This document shows, in pieces, positions 38,529 through 51,389 of a DNA stretch of 64,000 nucleotides. Below the pieces are notes generated by a model that was not told the DNA's origin, did no database searches, and saw only the letters and a program-made list of their open reading frames with translations. The number at the start of each line of letters is the position of its first letter. The first letter of the stretch is position 1. A program made the translations under genes and the position numbers. This DNA comes from Malacoraja senta (lineage: Eukaryota): the NCBI GenBank assembly GCA_038087875.1, contig JAXLNO010000293.1:62001-126000 (forward strand), given 5' to 3'.

Positions 38529-41500
38529 TTACACACCCGGAGCGAAACCGGAGCAGATTCTCAGCCAGCTTCCACCATAATACTCGAAGTAAGGATATAG
38601 CTTATCCGTGAATTTAATCCCATTGAAGGTGTGGAGATGGGACTTAGTGTTCGCGTCGTAAAATGAAACTGTCCCGGACTCGTAACTGAGATAAACACCC
38701 ACCCTCCCGGGGATGGGACGGGCGTGGAGAGGGAATGGAGGGGAGGTGAGTGCATCAAACACGTCATCCCGCCGCCCGATGATCCAGATTCCAGTCTCCG
38801 AGGTCAGTGTGACCCGTCTCCTCCTCTCCACAGACTCTGCGGCGACTCCCAGACTCCAGACCTGACTCCCCGCCACCTCCACTTCCCAGTAATGTCTCCC
38901 CGATGTGAATCCCTCCGATCCCAGTACACACACACACTGCAAGTATGTAAACCTCTTCCCGGTGTCAGGGAGACTCCTCCAGTTCCCGGTCCCTCTCACC
39001 CTCTTCCGATCCTCAGACACCTCGAGCCACGGATGCGCTGTTTCCACATCCAGGGTGACGGAGACTGGGGGGAGAAGCAGAGAATCACAGAGTACCCGGG
39101 GGTCGGGGGGAGACCCGGGCAGCGCGGCCCCGGGACAGGGGGAGAGGCCGCTCGGCCTCGGGCACAGGCGGGAGTACAACTGACACCTTGTCCGGGGTTT
39201 CACCCCAACCACATCGGGTGGACAACAGACATCTCTCCCGGAGTTTCGCAACCGGGTAGGAGAGGGCGAATTCCGCGGGTTATCGGGAACGGGAGCGGGC
39301 GAGGCGTGCGGATGGGAAACCAATGCGGAAAGTGAGGATGAACGAGAGATTGCATGAGGGGATGGAGAAATAAGGCGGGTATTCAAACATCTTGCCAGTA
39401 GATGGCGAAGGAGAGGCAGATTGGAAGATGAGGAGAGTGGGGTGAGTGGTGATTAGAGGTGGATAAAGAGGATGTAGAGATGTGGGGTGGATTTGCCGTG
39501 ATTATACTGAACGGGAGTGGACTGGACGGGCGAGGCAATCTGCTGCTGTTTTCTTGCTTTCTTTTGAGGAGGGTGGATTTGATGCGTCTGTACAACAAAG
39601 AATACTCTGATCTCATTGTGAAGCAATATATGAACATCACTGGGGGACTTGACTATGTTTTGCATGTAAGGCTGCTATGTTTTCCAGAAGGCGAAGGCAG
39701 GTGGTATCTAAGACGATAGGTGCTGCAACCTTTGCTGTTTATTTTATAGGTTCATGGCTTGGATGTGAATGTAGGAGGTGTGACTATTAAGTTTCTGGAG
39801 AACGGGTAATGTTGGGGATAGCAAGGAAGTCTGTCAAAGTCTGCAGCGGGATATAGGCAAGATCATCGAACCCTTATGTTCGTACAGCGATATCAAAACT
39901 GGAGGGCGCGGGTTCAACACGAGAGGATGGAGTTTTAAAGTGGATCTGAGTGGTAAGTTTTCTTCACACACGGAGTTGTCAATACCTGGAATATTTTGCC
40001 TGAATAGGTGGTGGAATCTCATGTAATCACTACATTTAAGAGGCGTTCCGATTTAGCAAACGAGGTGTAGAATAATATGTTTCTAATGTGGGCAAATGGG
40101 ATTAGAGTGGCTGGGAAAAAAGGTGGTCATGAACGCGATGGCTGAAGGGCCTGACTCTGTATTGTCCCACCATGGCTCTGGCTCCAAGAGCACTGAATGA
40201 CTGATTATCCACAGCCACCGGTGCAGGGAATTCCAAAGTTTGCCCAGTATCTGCGTGCAGTAATGTCTCATTGTCTCTGTCCAAAATGGTCCAGCCCATA
40301 TTATGAGAGGGTGTCAGCTGGCTCCAGACCCCTCAGACAGGGGGAAGCATCCTCCCTGCATCCAGCCCACTGAACAGTGTAGGAATTTTGTATTTCCCAA
40401 AGATCTCATCAAAGACAATTGAACTCTCGAGCACACAGGCCGAGTCTACTCAATATCACCCGCACAACAAATATCATTACGGAACCAAGTATTGCCAATC
40501 GTTGCTACATTCGCTCTGTGCAAAGTTTATCTTTGTACAAGTAGAAAAAAACATAAGACAGGAAGAAAATGGATGCGGAGTAGGCTCCGCCTCTCAGGCC
40601 TATCCTCTGTTCAATGTGATAGTGGCTGATCGAAGCTGGCTCCAGTTCCTCTTCAGAGTGACTTCCCCATAACCCTCAATTTAATGATATTTACAATATC
40701 CAAATACTTTCCATTCACCTACATCCAAAAATCTGGCCTGTCACCATCAATTCCAGATATTTACTGCTATGTTGGAGAAAAAACTTCAACCCTCTGCGTG
40801 GTGCGTGGACTGGATATTTGGATCTGATCGAATCCAGGGCGAATTACACAATGGAGCACAACCGTGGTCTGAAGGCAGTGTCTCCTGGTGGGTGGTGGAG
40901 GAATGCTTTTCAGGCTGGAGGCTCTCGCGAAGGGTGTGCCTTATAGCTCGACCCTATCTCCATTGACGGTCATTATTTATACGAACGCTTTGTATGAGTA
41001 TGTGGGTGCCACGGTTAGTAGGTTTGTGGAGGACACTAAAATTTGTGGCGTCATGGACAGTGAAGAAGGTGACCTGGGATGAAATGTGATCTTAATTAGC
41101 AGGTGTAATGGGCTGAAGAATGGAAGACGGAATTTTCTAAAGTCTAAAGATTGAGGGCATCAATTTAAGGTGAGATGGTAAAGTTGGAAAAGGCATTGAA
41201 GGTCAATGTTTTCAGACAGTGGACGGTAGAGAGATAGAACGAGATGCCAGAGGCAGGGGTGAGTGCAATTACGGTGTAATGTTTGCATTTGTGGTACTTA
41301 AAGGTGTAATCAATAAGAAGAATGGAAACTGAACAAGTTTTACCTCGCTGAATGGCACACGTTTCTCTCCACAACGTGTTCAACACAAAGTGGTGATGAA
41401 TCTTTTCAATCGGCAAGACACCATCTGTCACTGACAATGTACGAGCTTCATCACTAACCCTGCAAATATTTAACAGCTTGTTAAAATCTGAGCGTCAACA

Positions 41501-44500
41501 TTTTCGGAGCTGTTCTACAAAACATGCAGTGTTTCAATCAAGAGCGTGTCCTACCTCCTTTTCCGACCAGCTGCCTCCTGCAAGAAATAAGACACACATC
41601 TGAGTAACTGAGACAGAACATCCACATCCCGACAGCAGAAATGGCATGCAGATTGCCACAAGATTCCTATTTACCAACTCTTATTGCGGCAGCCACACAT
41701 ACATATAAAGGAGATTTCCGTCGGGACAAAGAACCACGGGTGTAACCACAAGGAATGTACTTCAAAATGATGCCATCATTGAGAGGGTGCAAGTTACGGG
41801 CAAGAATGAGAAGGTGGTGGGGTGTTATCAGAAGAAGATGTCAGGGAATGTAGGGATAGGGCGATTTAAGATTATCTGTGGATTTAAATGGGTGGGGCGA
41901 CAAATAGTATTGTTACTTTTAGGGGGGTGGGAGATTGCAACCTTCATGTGGTCCGCCCTGTTTCGACGAATGCAATTAACCCGGCGTGCACAATCAAATA
42001 AGATCAAATAGAACAAGTTGTCCTACAACTTTAGGCTGTGCACGCCATACGCAAAAGAAGCAACTACTTTTAGGGAGCCCAAAATTCAAAGATGAAACAT
42101 GGGATGGCCTTTAATAAATCCCATTAGTCATGCAGCAAAGGGAACGTGGAACTCATTCACACAAAAGTGGGCAAAGCCAATATTGGAGATATATTGAAGA
42201 GGAAGCAGGAAAAGCACAATAGATTTCCCCCTGCTTGCCCCATTCCCTGCATGTTCAATTCATGGATGACAGAAGATAAGTGATGATGTGTGCGCCACGT
42301 TCTAGATTTCAATGTTAATTCCCACAATGTGGTCATGGCTAATCTTGACCAGGACAGAACTCCCCCCTTTTTTCCCCATTCCCCTCATGTTCAATTCCTG
42401 GAATTTTCAAATAAAATGTCGCTCCTTCTGGTTCAAATACTGCTGACAGTTTCAATCCCCAAAAGTATCCGGGTTGGACAATTCCAGAGATTTACTGCTC
42501 TCTATCCAGTCGTGGACCTTGGGGACAATGGTAAAACGACTCTTCATTCTTTTAAACTGCAAGGAATATCGATCCAACCTCGATAAACCCTGCTGATGAG
42601 ACAAGCCCCTCATCCTGCAATTATCCCGGTGATTCAGTTTTGTGTTGCCTCCAATGCTGTAACATCATTTCATGGTTAAGGTCATGAAAGCTAGGCAAAA
42701 TGCTCCCGATGTGGCTTGGATAATTGTGACAAATCCCCCTACAAGTTTCTACAAGTATATTACCAGCAGAAGAATAACCGGGGGAACTATTTCCCTTAAA
42801 GAGGAAAAGGATAACTGGGGATATAACAGGTCCAATTAAGTGCTGTTAAGGACAAATTCCAATGTGTATCCTAGGCTGCCTTCACAGGGATGTTCGAACA
42901 CCACAAACTCCTTTTCCTCTAATGCTGACCATACAGATGCCTTTCCCCGTGGTCTTATGATTCCTGCAGATTTTCCTTCTTTTCGGGGAAATATTACACG
43001 CTCACGAACTCAGTGACAAGATCACAGCGACTCTTTCTCAAGGATTTTGCAGCCATGTTCCGAGATACCATAATTTATGCAGGAGGCCATTTAGTTTGGG
43101 AATAACGGCAGCACATCGCTGGAACAGACGGAACATTGACCCAGCTCTGAATTACTGGTAAATAATGCATTAATTTCTGAAATGTCACCCACCATGTTTT
43201 GACTGTGCAGTTTCACTTCACCTAACTGTAGTGTAACCTCTCACCTTCAGAAATATTCTGTTGTCTTTTTGATCTATCTGTTCCTGCAACGTTGAGAGTT
43301 CCTTTGGATGGAATTTAAATTTGCTTGAATCTCTTGAAGCCTTTTCTCCATTGCGTTCCGAATTTTCATCTCTTCTTCCCGGATATCTGGGAGTACACAC
43401 TGCCCTTTCTCAGTGAAAATCTGATGCAGTTCAGCAAACCGGGATGTGATCTGTGACTGAAGGTTGTGTGACTCTTCCTGTGAAATGAAAGGTGAAGATC
43501 AATATATAATGTCACTGTATTGTTTCCTAACGATATGCAAGGGGATAGTTGACCAATCAACCTTGTGGCATGGAGCACAGAAATAAGCCATTTGACCCAA
43601 CATGTCCAACGAGTTCCATAGATTAATTACCCTCTGATAAAATAAATTTAGGATTTTTTTTAGTTTAGAAATAACGCGGAAACAGGCCCTTCGGCCCATT
43701 GAGTACGCGCCGACCAGCAATCCCCACACATTAACAATTTTTACATTTACCAAGCCAATTAACCTACAAACCTTTGGAGTGTGGGAGGAAACCGAAGATC
43801 TCGGACAAAACATCACGGGGAGAACGTACAAACTCCGTTCAGACAGCACCCGTAGTCAGGATCCAACCTGGGTCTCCGGCGCTGCATTCACTGTGAGGCA
43901 GCAACTCTATCGCTGCGCCACCGTGACCGCTTTTCTAAGTTTCTCTTCACCTCCTTTCTAAAAGAGCTCCCTTTAATTTTGAGGCTATAACCTCCGGTCC
44001 TACAGTTCCGCCAGCGGAAACATTCTTTCCACATCCACTCTATCTACAGTCAGTACCTGCCCGCACAGTCTCTATCTCTATAGCTCCAACCCTCGTCTCT
44101 TGTGCTGTAGAGAGGTGTCCTAACGTTACACGCATCACATTGATGAAAACTACACAAGATCAGGAAATCTAAATTGGAAAACCTCACCAGAACAACAGAA
44201 ATCTTCTCTTTCTGTTGCTGCTCCATTTGCTCGATCTGTGATTTCTTTGTTGTGAGAGATTGGAAGGAAGATTTCACCTGATCCTGGGGTTGGGTTTCAG
44301 ATCAGAGAAGAAAAATGTCAGAAAGTAAACAAAACATGACACAATGATGTGATCAACATCGGTTTGCTTTTACCTTGTAGGTTTCAACAGCTTCATCTAC
44401 GTTCATGAAGCGGTGATCTCTGTGATCCCGCCCAGCCACATAAACCACACAGATCAGTTTCTTGTCCGTTTCACAAAAACAGCTTCAGTTCTTCCTGATG

Positions 44501-44784
44501 TTTCTCGCACTGAAGTTTACTTCCCTTCTCTGTCAGATTCAGGCTCAGTGTTCGAGCTTTCTAAGACAGTCTCGCCAAGGCCAACTAATCCTGAGGGTGC
44601 GGTCGACAAACTCCTCTCTACATTCCGGGCAGGAGTTTTCCCCCTCCCTGTCCCAACTCTGTGTGATGCATGGGGGGCAGAAGTTGTGCCCACACTCCAG
44701 TGACAATGGATCGGTGAAGAAATCCAGGCAGATGGGACAAACTGCCTCCTCCGTTAAACTCTCGAACATTTCTTTCGTAGCCAT
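38529..44784 (-). pseudogene. TRIM copy B, disrupted
   Basis: Exons 44784-44374, 44283-44188, 43477-43245 (233), 41577-41555, 41459-41344 and 39064-38529, all GT-AG. Lesions: -1 at about 44581, in-frame TAG at 44563-44561, +1 at about 44475, B-box C to Y, and -1 in exon 3 at about 43303. PRY-SPRY exon is open. Confidence 0.88.
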
Positions 44785-44963
44785 TTTAACTCCGGCACTT
44801 CCTGGTTCAAAGTGTTTTCCACTGCGCGCGCTGCAGTCTCGGGGAATGAATGTTATTTGGCTGCAAGTGTTCAGTGTTCAGTGTCCTGGCCGCTTCCAAC
44901 TAATCACACACGCGGGAGGGGTCAGTTAGACATTAAACCGGCCTGAAGATAGACGAAAGCGGA

Positions 44964-45186
44964 GAGATTGCCCTGGGTAGACAAAATAGCTGGAGAAACT
45001 CAGTGGGTGCGGCAGCATCTATGGAGCGAAGGAAATAGGAGTGAAGAAGGGGTTCAGCCCGAAACGTTGCCTATTTCCTTCGCTCCATAGATGCTGCCGC
45101 ACCCGCTGAGTTTCTCCAGCAATTTTCTCCATCTACCTTCGATTCTCCAGCATCTGCAGTTCCTTCTTGAACGAGATTGCCCTGGG
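44964..45186. mobile_element. Inverted Penelope pseudo-LTR pair with 14-bp target-site duplication (mirror copy at about 54840-55062)
   Basis: gagattgccctggg at 44964-44977 and 45173-45186 flanks two oppositely oriented pseudo-LTR pieces. Confidence 0.85.
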
Positions 45187-45726
45187 GATTGCCTAAGGCA
45201 GGACACGAAAGGGACAGGGACCAGCGCTAAGGAGGTGTAATTGAGGGGGCGTTGCACCTGTTGAGCAGTGGAACCCGCCGCCCGCACTCTCCGTTCACAG
45301 CCCGGGATCAAGATGGAAGTAAATATATTTTAATCCACATCAGTACACTCGTCTCTCACGCTCCAGTCTTCAGATGCATCTATATTTGGAGAAACTGTGC
45401 ATAGTTTCATATTAAGGATGGTCAGTTTGGAGTAAACATGTTCAGTTTTGTTCACTCCCCCCCCCCCCCCAAATAGACTTTATTCAAGTAATAAATATAT
45501 ACATTACATGAACCGTGCAAAAACAAAAATATTCATCCGACATTTCCGGTGGCTGTACAAACATTCAATACTGTTTATATACATTGCTCAAATTTCACAA
45601 TTTTACCCCCCACCCTTGCCACTCATGTGGCCCTCGTGGCTGTGGAATCCCATCCCTTATTTTGAGGGGCGTCTCCAACACACCCTGCCCCCCATGTCGA
45701 GCAGCGGAAGGACCTAGACTGTGGTC

Positions 45727-45926
45727 NNNNNNNNNNNNNNNNNNNNNNNNNNNNNNNNNNNNNNNNNNNNNNNNNNNNNNNNNNNNNNNNNNNNNNNNNN
45801 NNNNNNNNNNNNNNNNNNNNNNNNNNNNNNNNNNNNNNNNNNNNNNNNNNNNNNNNNNNNNNNNNNNNNNNNNNNNNNNNNNNNNNNNNNNNNNNNNNNN
45901 NNNNNNNNNNNNNNNNNNNNNNNNNN
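45727..45926. other. Assembly gap (200 N)
   Basis: Run of exactly 200 N. Confidence 1.
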
Positions 45927-47930
45927 AACTACTCCAGAATCTAAAGAATTTTGAAAAATTATCACTAATGCATCCACTATTTCTGGAGCTACTTCCTTAA
46001 GTACTCGGGGATGCAGCCTATCTGGCCCTGGTGATTTATCGGCCTTTAATCCATTCAATTTACCCAACACCACTTCCCGACTAACCTGGATTTCACTCAG
46101 TTCCTCCATCTCCTTTGACCCGCGGCCCCCTGCTATTTCCGGCAGATTATTTATGTCTTCCTTAGTGAAGACGGAACCAAAGTAGTTATTCAATTGTTCC
46201 GCCATATCCTTGTTCCCCATGATCAATTCACCCGTTTCTGACTGCAAGGGGCCTACATTTGTTTTAACTAATCTCTTTCTCTTCACATATCTATAAAAAC
46301 TTTTGCAGTCAGTTTTTATGTTCCCTGCCAGTTTCCTTTCATAATCTATTTTCCCTTTCCTAATTAAGCCCTTTGTCCTCCTCTGCTGGTCTCTGAATTT
46401 CTCCCAGTCCTCTGGTATGCTGCTTTTCTGGCTAATTTGTACGCATCATCTTTTGCTTTGATACTATCCCTGATTTCCCTTGTTATCCACGGATGCACTA
46501 CCTTCCCTGATTTATTCTTTTGCCAAACTGGGATGAACAATTTTTGTAGTTCATCCATGCAGTCTTTAAATGCCTTCCATTGCATATCCACCGTCAACCC
46601 TTTTAGAACTAATGGCCAGTCAATCTTGGCCAATTCACGTCTCATACCCTCAAAGTTACCTTTCTTTAAGTTCAGAACCGTTGTTTCTGAATTAACAATG
46701 TCACTCTCCCATCCTAATGAAGAACTCAACCATATTATGGTCACTCTTGCCCAAGGGGGCACGCACAACAAGACTGCTAACTAACCCTTCCTCATTACTC
46801 AATACCCAGTCTAGAATAGCCTGCTCTCTCGTTGGTTCCTCTACATGTTGGTTTAGATAACTATCCCGCATACATTCCAAGAAATCCTCTTCCTCAGCAC
46901 CCCTGCCAATTTGATTCACCCAATCTATATGTAGATTGAAGTCACCCATTTTAACTGTTTTGCCTTTGTTGCACGCATTTCTAATTTCCTGTTTGATGCC
47001 ATCCCCAACTTCACTACTACTGCTAGGTGGCCTGTACACAACACCCACCAGCGTTTTCTGCCCCTTAGTGTTTCGCAGCTCTACCCATACCGATTCCACA
47101 TCCTCCAAGCTAATGTCCTTCCTTTCCACTGTGTTAATCTCCTCTCTAACCAGCAACGCTACCCCACCTCCTTTTCCTTTCTCTCTATCCCTCCTGAATA
47201 TTGAATATCCCTGGATGTTCAGCTCCCAGCCTTGGTCACCCTGGAGCCATGTCTCCGTGATCCCAACTATATCATAATCATTAATTGCTATCTGCACGTT
47301 CAACTCATCCACCTTATTACGAATGCTCCTTGCATTGAGACACAAAGCCTTCAGGCTTGTTATTACAACGCTCTTACCCCTTATACAATTATGTTGAAAA
47401 GTGGCCCTTTTTGATTTTTGCCCTGGATGTGTCTGCCTGCCACTTTTACTTTTCACCTTGCTACCTATTGCTTCCGCCCGCATTTTACACCCCTCTGTTT
47501 CTCTGCTCACCCATTTAAGAACCACCCCACCTCTTATTCTCTGTTTATTATTGTTTTCTTCTTTCCCCCCTACATGTTGGGTCTGAGTGCTTTCCTTCTC
47601 TGCCTCCTGCCTCGCACACTGTCTAATAGCATTCTCTATTTGAGTCCCTCCCCACAACCATTCTAGTTTAAAGTCTCCCCAGTAGCCTTTGCAGATCTCC
47701 CCGCCAGGATATCGGTCCCCCTCAGGTTCAAGTGCAACCCATCCTTTTTGTTACAGGTCGAATCTTCCACAAAAGAGGTCCCAATGATCCAGAAATTTGA
47801 ATCCCTGCTTTCTGCACCAGTCCTTCAGCCTCGCATTTATCCTCCACCTCGCTCCATTCCTACTCTCACTGTCGCGTGGCACAGGCAGTAATCCCGAGAT
47901 TGTTACCTTTGCTGTCCTTCTCTTTAACTC
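45927..47930 (-). mobile_element. CR1 LINE: ORF1 end, endonuclease and start of RT
   Basis: LNARSIRNK, GITETWL, GGGVAL, YRPP, MGDFN, SDHN and KSPGPD.LHPRVLKE motifs. Confidence 0.93.
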
Positions 47931-48089
47931 ACACACTGTTGGACAGTTGGACAGGTACGTGGATAGGACAGGTTTGGAGGGATATGGACCAAGCGCGGGC
48001 AAGTGGGACTAGAGTAGCTGGGACATTGTTGGCCGGTGTGGGCGAGATTGGGCCGAAGGGCTTGTTTCCACACTGTATCACTCTATGAC

Positions 48090-48720
48090 AGGCAGTATCT
48101 GTGGATAGCATGAATAGGTAACGTTTCACAGAGTGCTGGAGTAACTCAGTGGGTCAGGCAGCATCTGTGGAGAACATGGATAGGTGACATTTTACAGAGT
48201 GCTGGAGTAACTCAAAGGGACAGGCAGCATCTGTGGAGAACATGGAAAGGTCACGTTTCACAGAGTGCTGCAGTAACTCAGCGGGACAGGCAGCATCTCT
48301 GGAGTGAAGGAATAGGCGATGTTTCAGGTCAAGACCTTTCTTCAGACTGATATCAGGGGAGGGGGTGGGACAGATAGAATGTTGTCGGAGACAGTAAGAA
48401 TGGTTGGAGAACTGGGAAGGGGGAGGGGATGGAGAGAGAGGGAAAGCAAGGGCTATCTGAAGTAGTGAAGTCAATGTCCATACCGCTGGGGTGTAAACTA
48501 CCCAAGCGAAATATGAGGTGCTGTTCCTCCAATTTGCGCTGGGCCTCACTCTGACAATGGAGGAGGCCCAGGACAGAATGGTCAGGATTGGGAATGGGAG
48601 GGAGTTGAAGTGCTGAGCCACAGGGAGATCAGGTGGGTTAAGGCGGACTGAGCGGAGGTGTTGGGCGAAGATATCGCCGAGCCTGCGCTTGGTAGGCGGA
48701 CTGAGCGGAGGTGTTGGGCG
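48090..48720 (-). mobile_element. Penelope 3' end: GIY-YIG fragment plus ~65-bp tandem pseudo-LTR units
   Basis: AQHFNS..LSILGL..EEQHLIFRLGSL.PSG-type sequence at 48440-48720, and 3-4 repeats of cagagtgctggagtaactcag..caggcagcatctgtggagaacatgga. Confidence 0.8.
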
Positions 48721-48758
48721 TAATTCAGCGAGGAGGAGGTCACTGCGAGGTCACGGAC

Positions 48759-48828
48759 AAAGTTTGATGCCTCCCTGGCTGCTCTGAGCTCCTGAACTCT
48801 GCTTCTTCAAGACCAGCAGCGCTTTCTT
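48759..48828 (-). pseudogene. NELFE: NELFE (negative elongation factor E) second coding exon, isolated 70-nt exon
   Basis: ttttacag|KKALLVLKKQSSGAQSSQGGIKL+1 nt|gtccgt. Compared with the recalled human NELF-E sequence KKALLALKKQSSSSTTSQGGVKR. No downstream exons are visible before the gap, so status is uncertain. Confidence 0.85.
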
Positions 48829-48869
48829 CTGTAAAACGGAACATTCCTGGTCAGTTACCGGGAGCCACA

Positions 48870-50300
48870 ACGACCCTCTCTCTCCACCCCCCCTCTCTCA
48901 CCCCCTCCCTCTCTCACCCCACCTCTCTCACCCCCCTCTCTCTCACCCCCCCCACAAATGTCACGGACATTCACCCCACAGACTTCCACCCTCGCCCCCA
49001 ACCCCCCCTCCTCCAACACCTTCCCCCTCGTCGTCCCCATTACATCCCTCCCTCCCCTCCATCCACCTGCCCCTCCCTTTCCTCCATCGCCTCTCCCTCC
49101 ATCCACCTCCCTCACCCTCTCCCACTAGCCTCCCTCCCTCCATCACCCCCCCCTCTTCTTCCATCACTGGCCTCTCCTCCCCTTCAACCCCCCCAATACC
49201 TCTCCTCCCAACCCTCCCATCTATCTCCTCGCCCCCCACCACTACACCCCCACCCTCCTCTCTCCCCTCCCCGCTCTCTCCCCACTGTCACCCCTGCACC
49301 TGTTTCCTCAGCGAGCTGTACTTTCTCGCTCTCTCTCTCTGACTGTCTGTGCCCACCCACCCCCCAATCCCCCATCTCCCCCACCCTCCTCCTCTATCCC
49401 CCCCACTCCCTCCCTCTCGCTCCTCCCACTCCCTCCCTCTCTCCCCTCCCACTACCTCCACTCCCCGTCTCTCCCCTCCTTCCCTCCCCACCCTCTCCTC
49501 TCGCTCCCCCAGTCTCCCACCCTCTTCCGCCCTCTCCCCTCCCTCTGTCCGCCACCCTCTCCACCCCACCTTTTCTCTCAGCTTGCTGTACTCTCTCTCT
49601 CTCTCCATCTCTCACCCTCCTACCCACTCTCTCCCACTCCCTCCCTCTCTCTCTCCCTCTCCCACCCTCTCTCACTTCTCTCCCACCCTCCTCCACCCTC
49701 TCTCCTCCCTCTGTCCGCCACCCACTCCACCCCACCTTATTCCTCAGCTTGCTGTACTTTCCGCTCTCTCCTCCACACTCCCCCACCCTCTCTATCTCCA
49801 ACCCTCTCACCCTGCCCTCTCCGTCTCTCTCTTCCCCCACCCTCCCCTCCCTCTCTCTCCCTGTGTCTCCCCCCACCTTCTTCCTCAGCTTGCTGTACTT
49901 CCCCCCACCTCTCTCCCCCTCCCTTTCTCTCCCCCCCACCCCACCTTTTTTCCTCAGCTTGCTCTACTCGCTCCCTCTCCTCACTCCCCCCAATGAAAGT
50001 CAATTGTATTTGTCACATGCATATTACATGCACTGAAATGACCCCCACCCTCTCCTCTGTCTCCCTCTCCCCTCACCTCCCCTCTCTCTCCTCTCTCCCC
50101 CACCCTCTCTCCTCTCTCCCCACCCTCTCTCCTCTCTCCCGCCCCTCTCTTCTCCTCTCCCCTCTCTCCCCCACCCTCTCTCCTCCCCACCCTCTCCCAC
50201 TCTCTCCTCCCCTCTCTCTCCCACCCTCTCCCACTCTCTCTCTCCCACCCTCCTCCCTCTCTCTCTCCTCCCTTTCCAGCCCACCTTCTTCCTCAGTGTT
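48870..50300. repeat. Polypyrimidine/polypurine tract containing repeated NELFE exon-2 3' ends
   Basis: CT-rich low-complexity sequence with recurrent caccttcttcctcagcttgctgtactt units. Confidence 0.85.
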
Positions 50301-50411
50301 CATTGGCTGTATAATAACTGAAGCATTACACGATAATAAAGGTGCAGAAACGTTATTAAAAATTCACAATTAACAAATAACAATACAACGACTCCATTCA
50401 GACCAAAGCAG

Positions 50412-50982
50412 TCATTCCAGGTGCGACAGAGGTTCGCCTGCATCGCCTCCAACCTCATATATTGCATCCGCTGCTCTAGATGTCAGCTGATCTACATCGG
50501 TGAGACCAAGCGTAGCCTTGGTGATCGTTTCGCCGAACTCCTCCGCTCGGTCCGCATTAACCAGCCTGATCCCCCGGTGGCTCAGCACTTCAACATCCCC
50601 TCTCATTCCGAATCTGACCTCTCTGTCCTGGGCCTCCTCCATGGCCAGAGTGAGTACCACCGGAAAGTGGAGGAACAGCACCTCATATTCCGCTTGGACA
50701 GTCTGCACCCTAGTGGCATTAACATTGAATTCTCCAATTTCCGGTAGCCCTTGCTGTCTCCCCCCCTTCTCAGCACTCCCTCAGCCCTCGGGCTCCTCCT
50801 CTTCCTTTTTCCTTTCTTCTCTCCAACAGCCCCCCCCCCCACCCTACATCAGTCTGAAGAAGGGTTTAGGCCTGAAACGTTGCCTATTTCCTTCGCTCCT
50901 TAGATGCTGCTGCACCCGCTGAGTTTCTCCAGCACCTTTGTCTACCTTCGATTTTCCAGCATCTGCAGTTCCTTCTTAAACA
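50412..50982 (+). mobile_element. Penelope-like element 3' end: GIY-YIG endonuclease and pseudo-LTR
   Basis: NLIYCIRCSRCQLIYIGETKRSLGDRF.E..PVAQHFN..EEQHLIFRL.SL.PSGINIEF, then ctgaagaaggg..gaaacgttgcc..ctgcagttccttctt. Confidence 0.92.
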
Positions 50983-51389
50983 GTAAATATGACATCCCGC
51001 TTGCACGTCTCTCTAATACTAGACGGGAACAGGCAAGCAGGACATGTGAAAAGCAAGTGGGCGTAACTACCAAAACATGACTCATAACATGAGTGACACC
51101 GATCTACACTCAGCTCGCTGTACTCTCTCTCTCTCTCCATCTCTCACCCTCCTCCACACTCTCCCCCACTCTGCCTCCTCTCTCTCCCCCCACCGTGCCC
51201 GACCCACTCTGTCCCCTCCCCCACTCTCTATCCCCGTGTCTCTCCCACCGTCTCTCCCTCCTCCCCTCTCTCCCCACCCTCCTCCCCTCTCTCCCCGTCT
51301 CTGTCCTCTCTCTCGCTCCCTGTGTCTCCACCCCTCTCTCCCCCTGTCTTCCTCCACCTTCTCCCTTCCCCTTCTCTCTCCCCGTCTCT

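Larger units (their letters stand above)
35928..45726 (-). repeat. Left arm of large inverted duplication (partner 54303-64000)
   Basis: Colinear reverse-complement match covering exons, introns and shared TE insertions. 45726 pairs with 54303 and 35928 pairs with 64000. Confidence 0.95.

Noticed and set aside
49297..49970. CRISPR-like repeat/spacer pattern
   Set aside because: Eukaryotic context, irregular low-complexity spacers and no cas genes; the repeats are better explained as NELFE exon ends.
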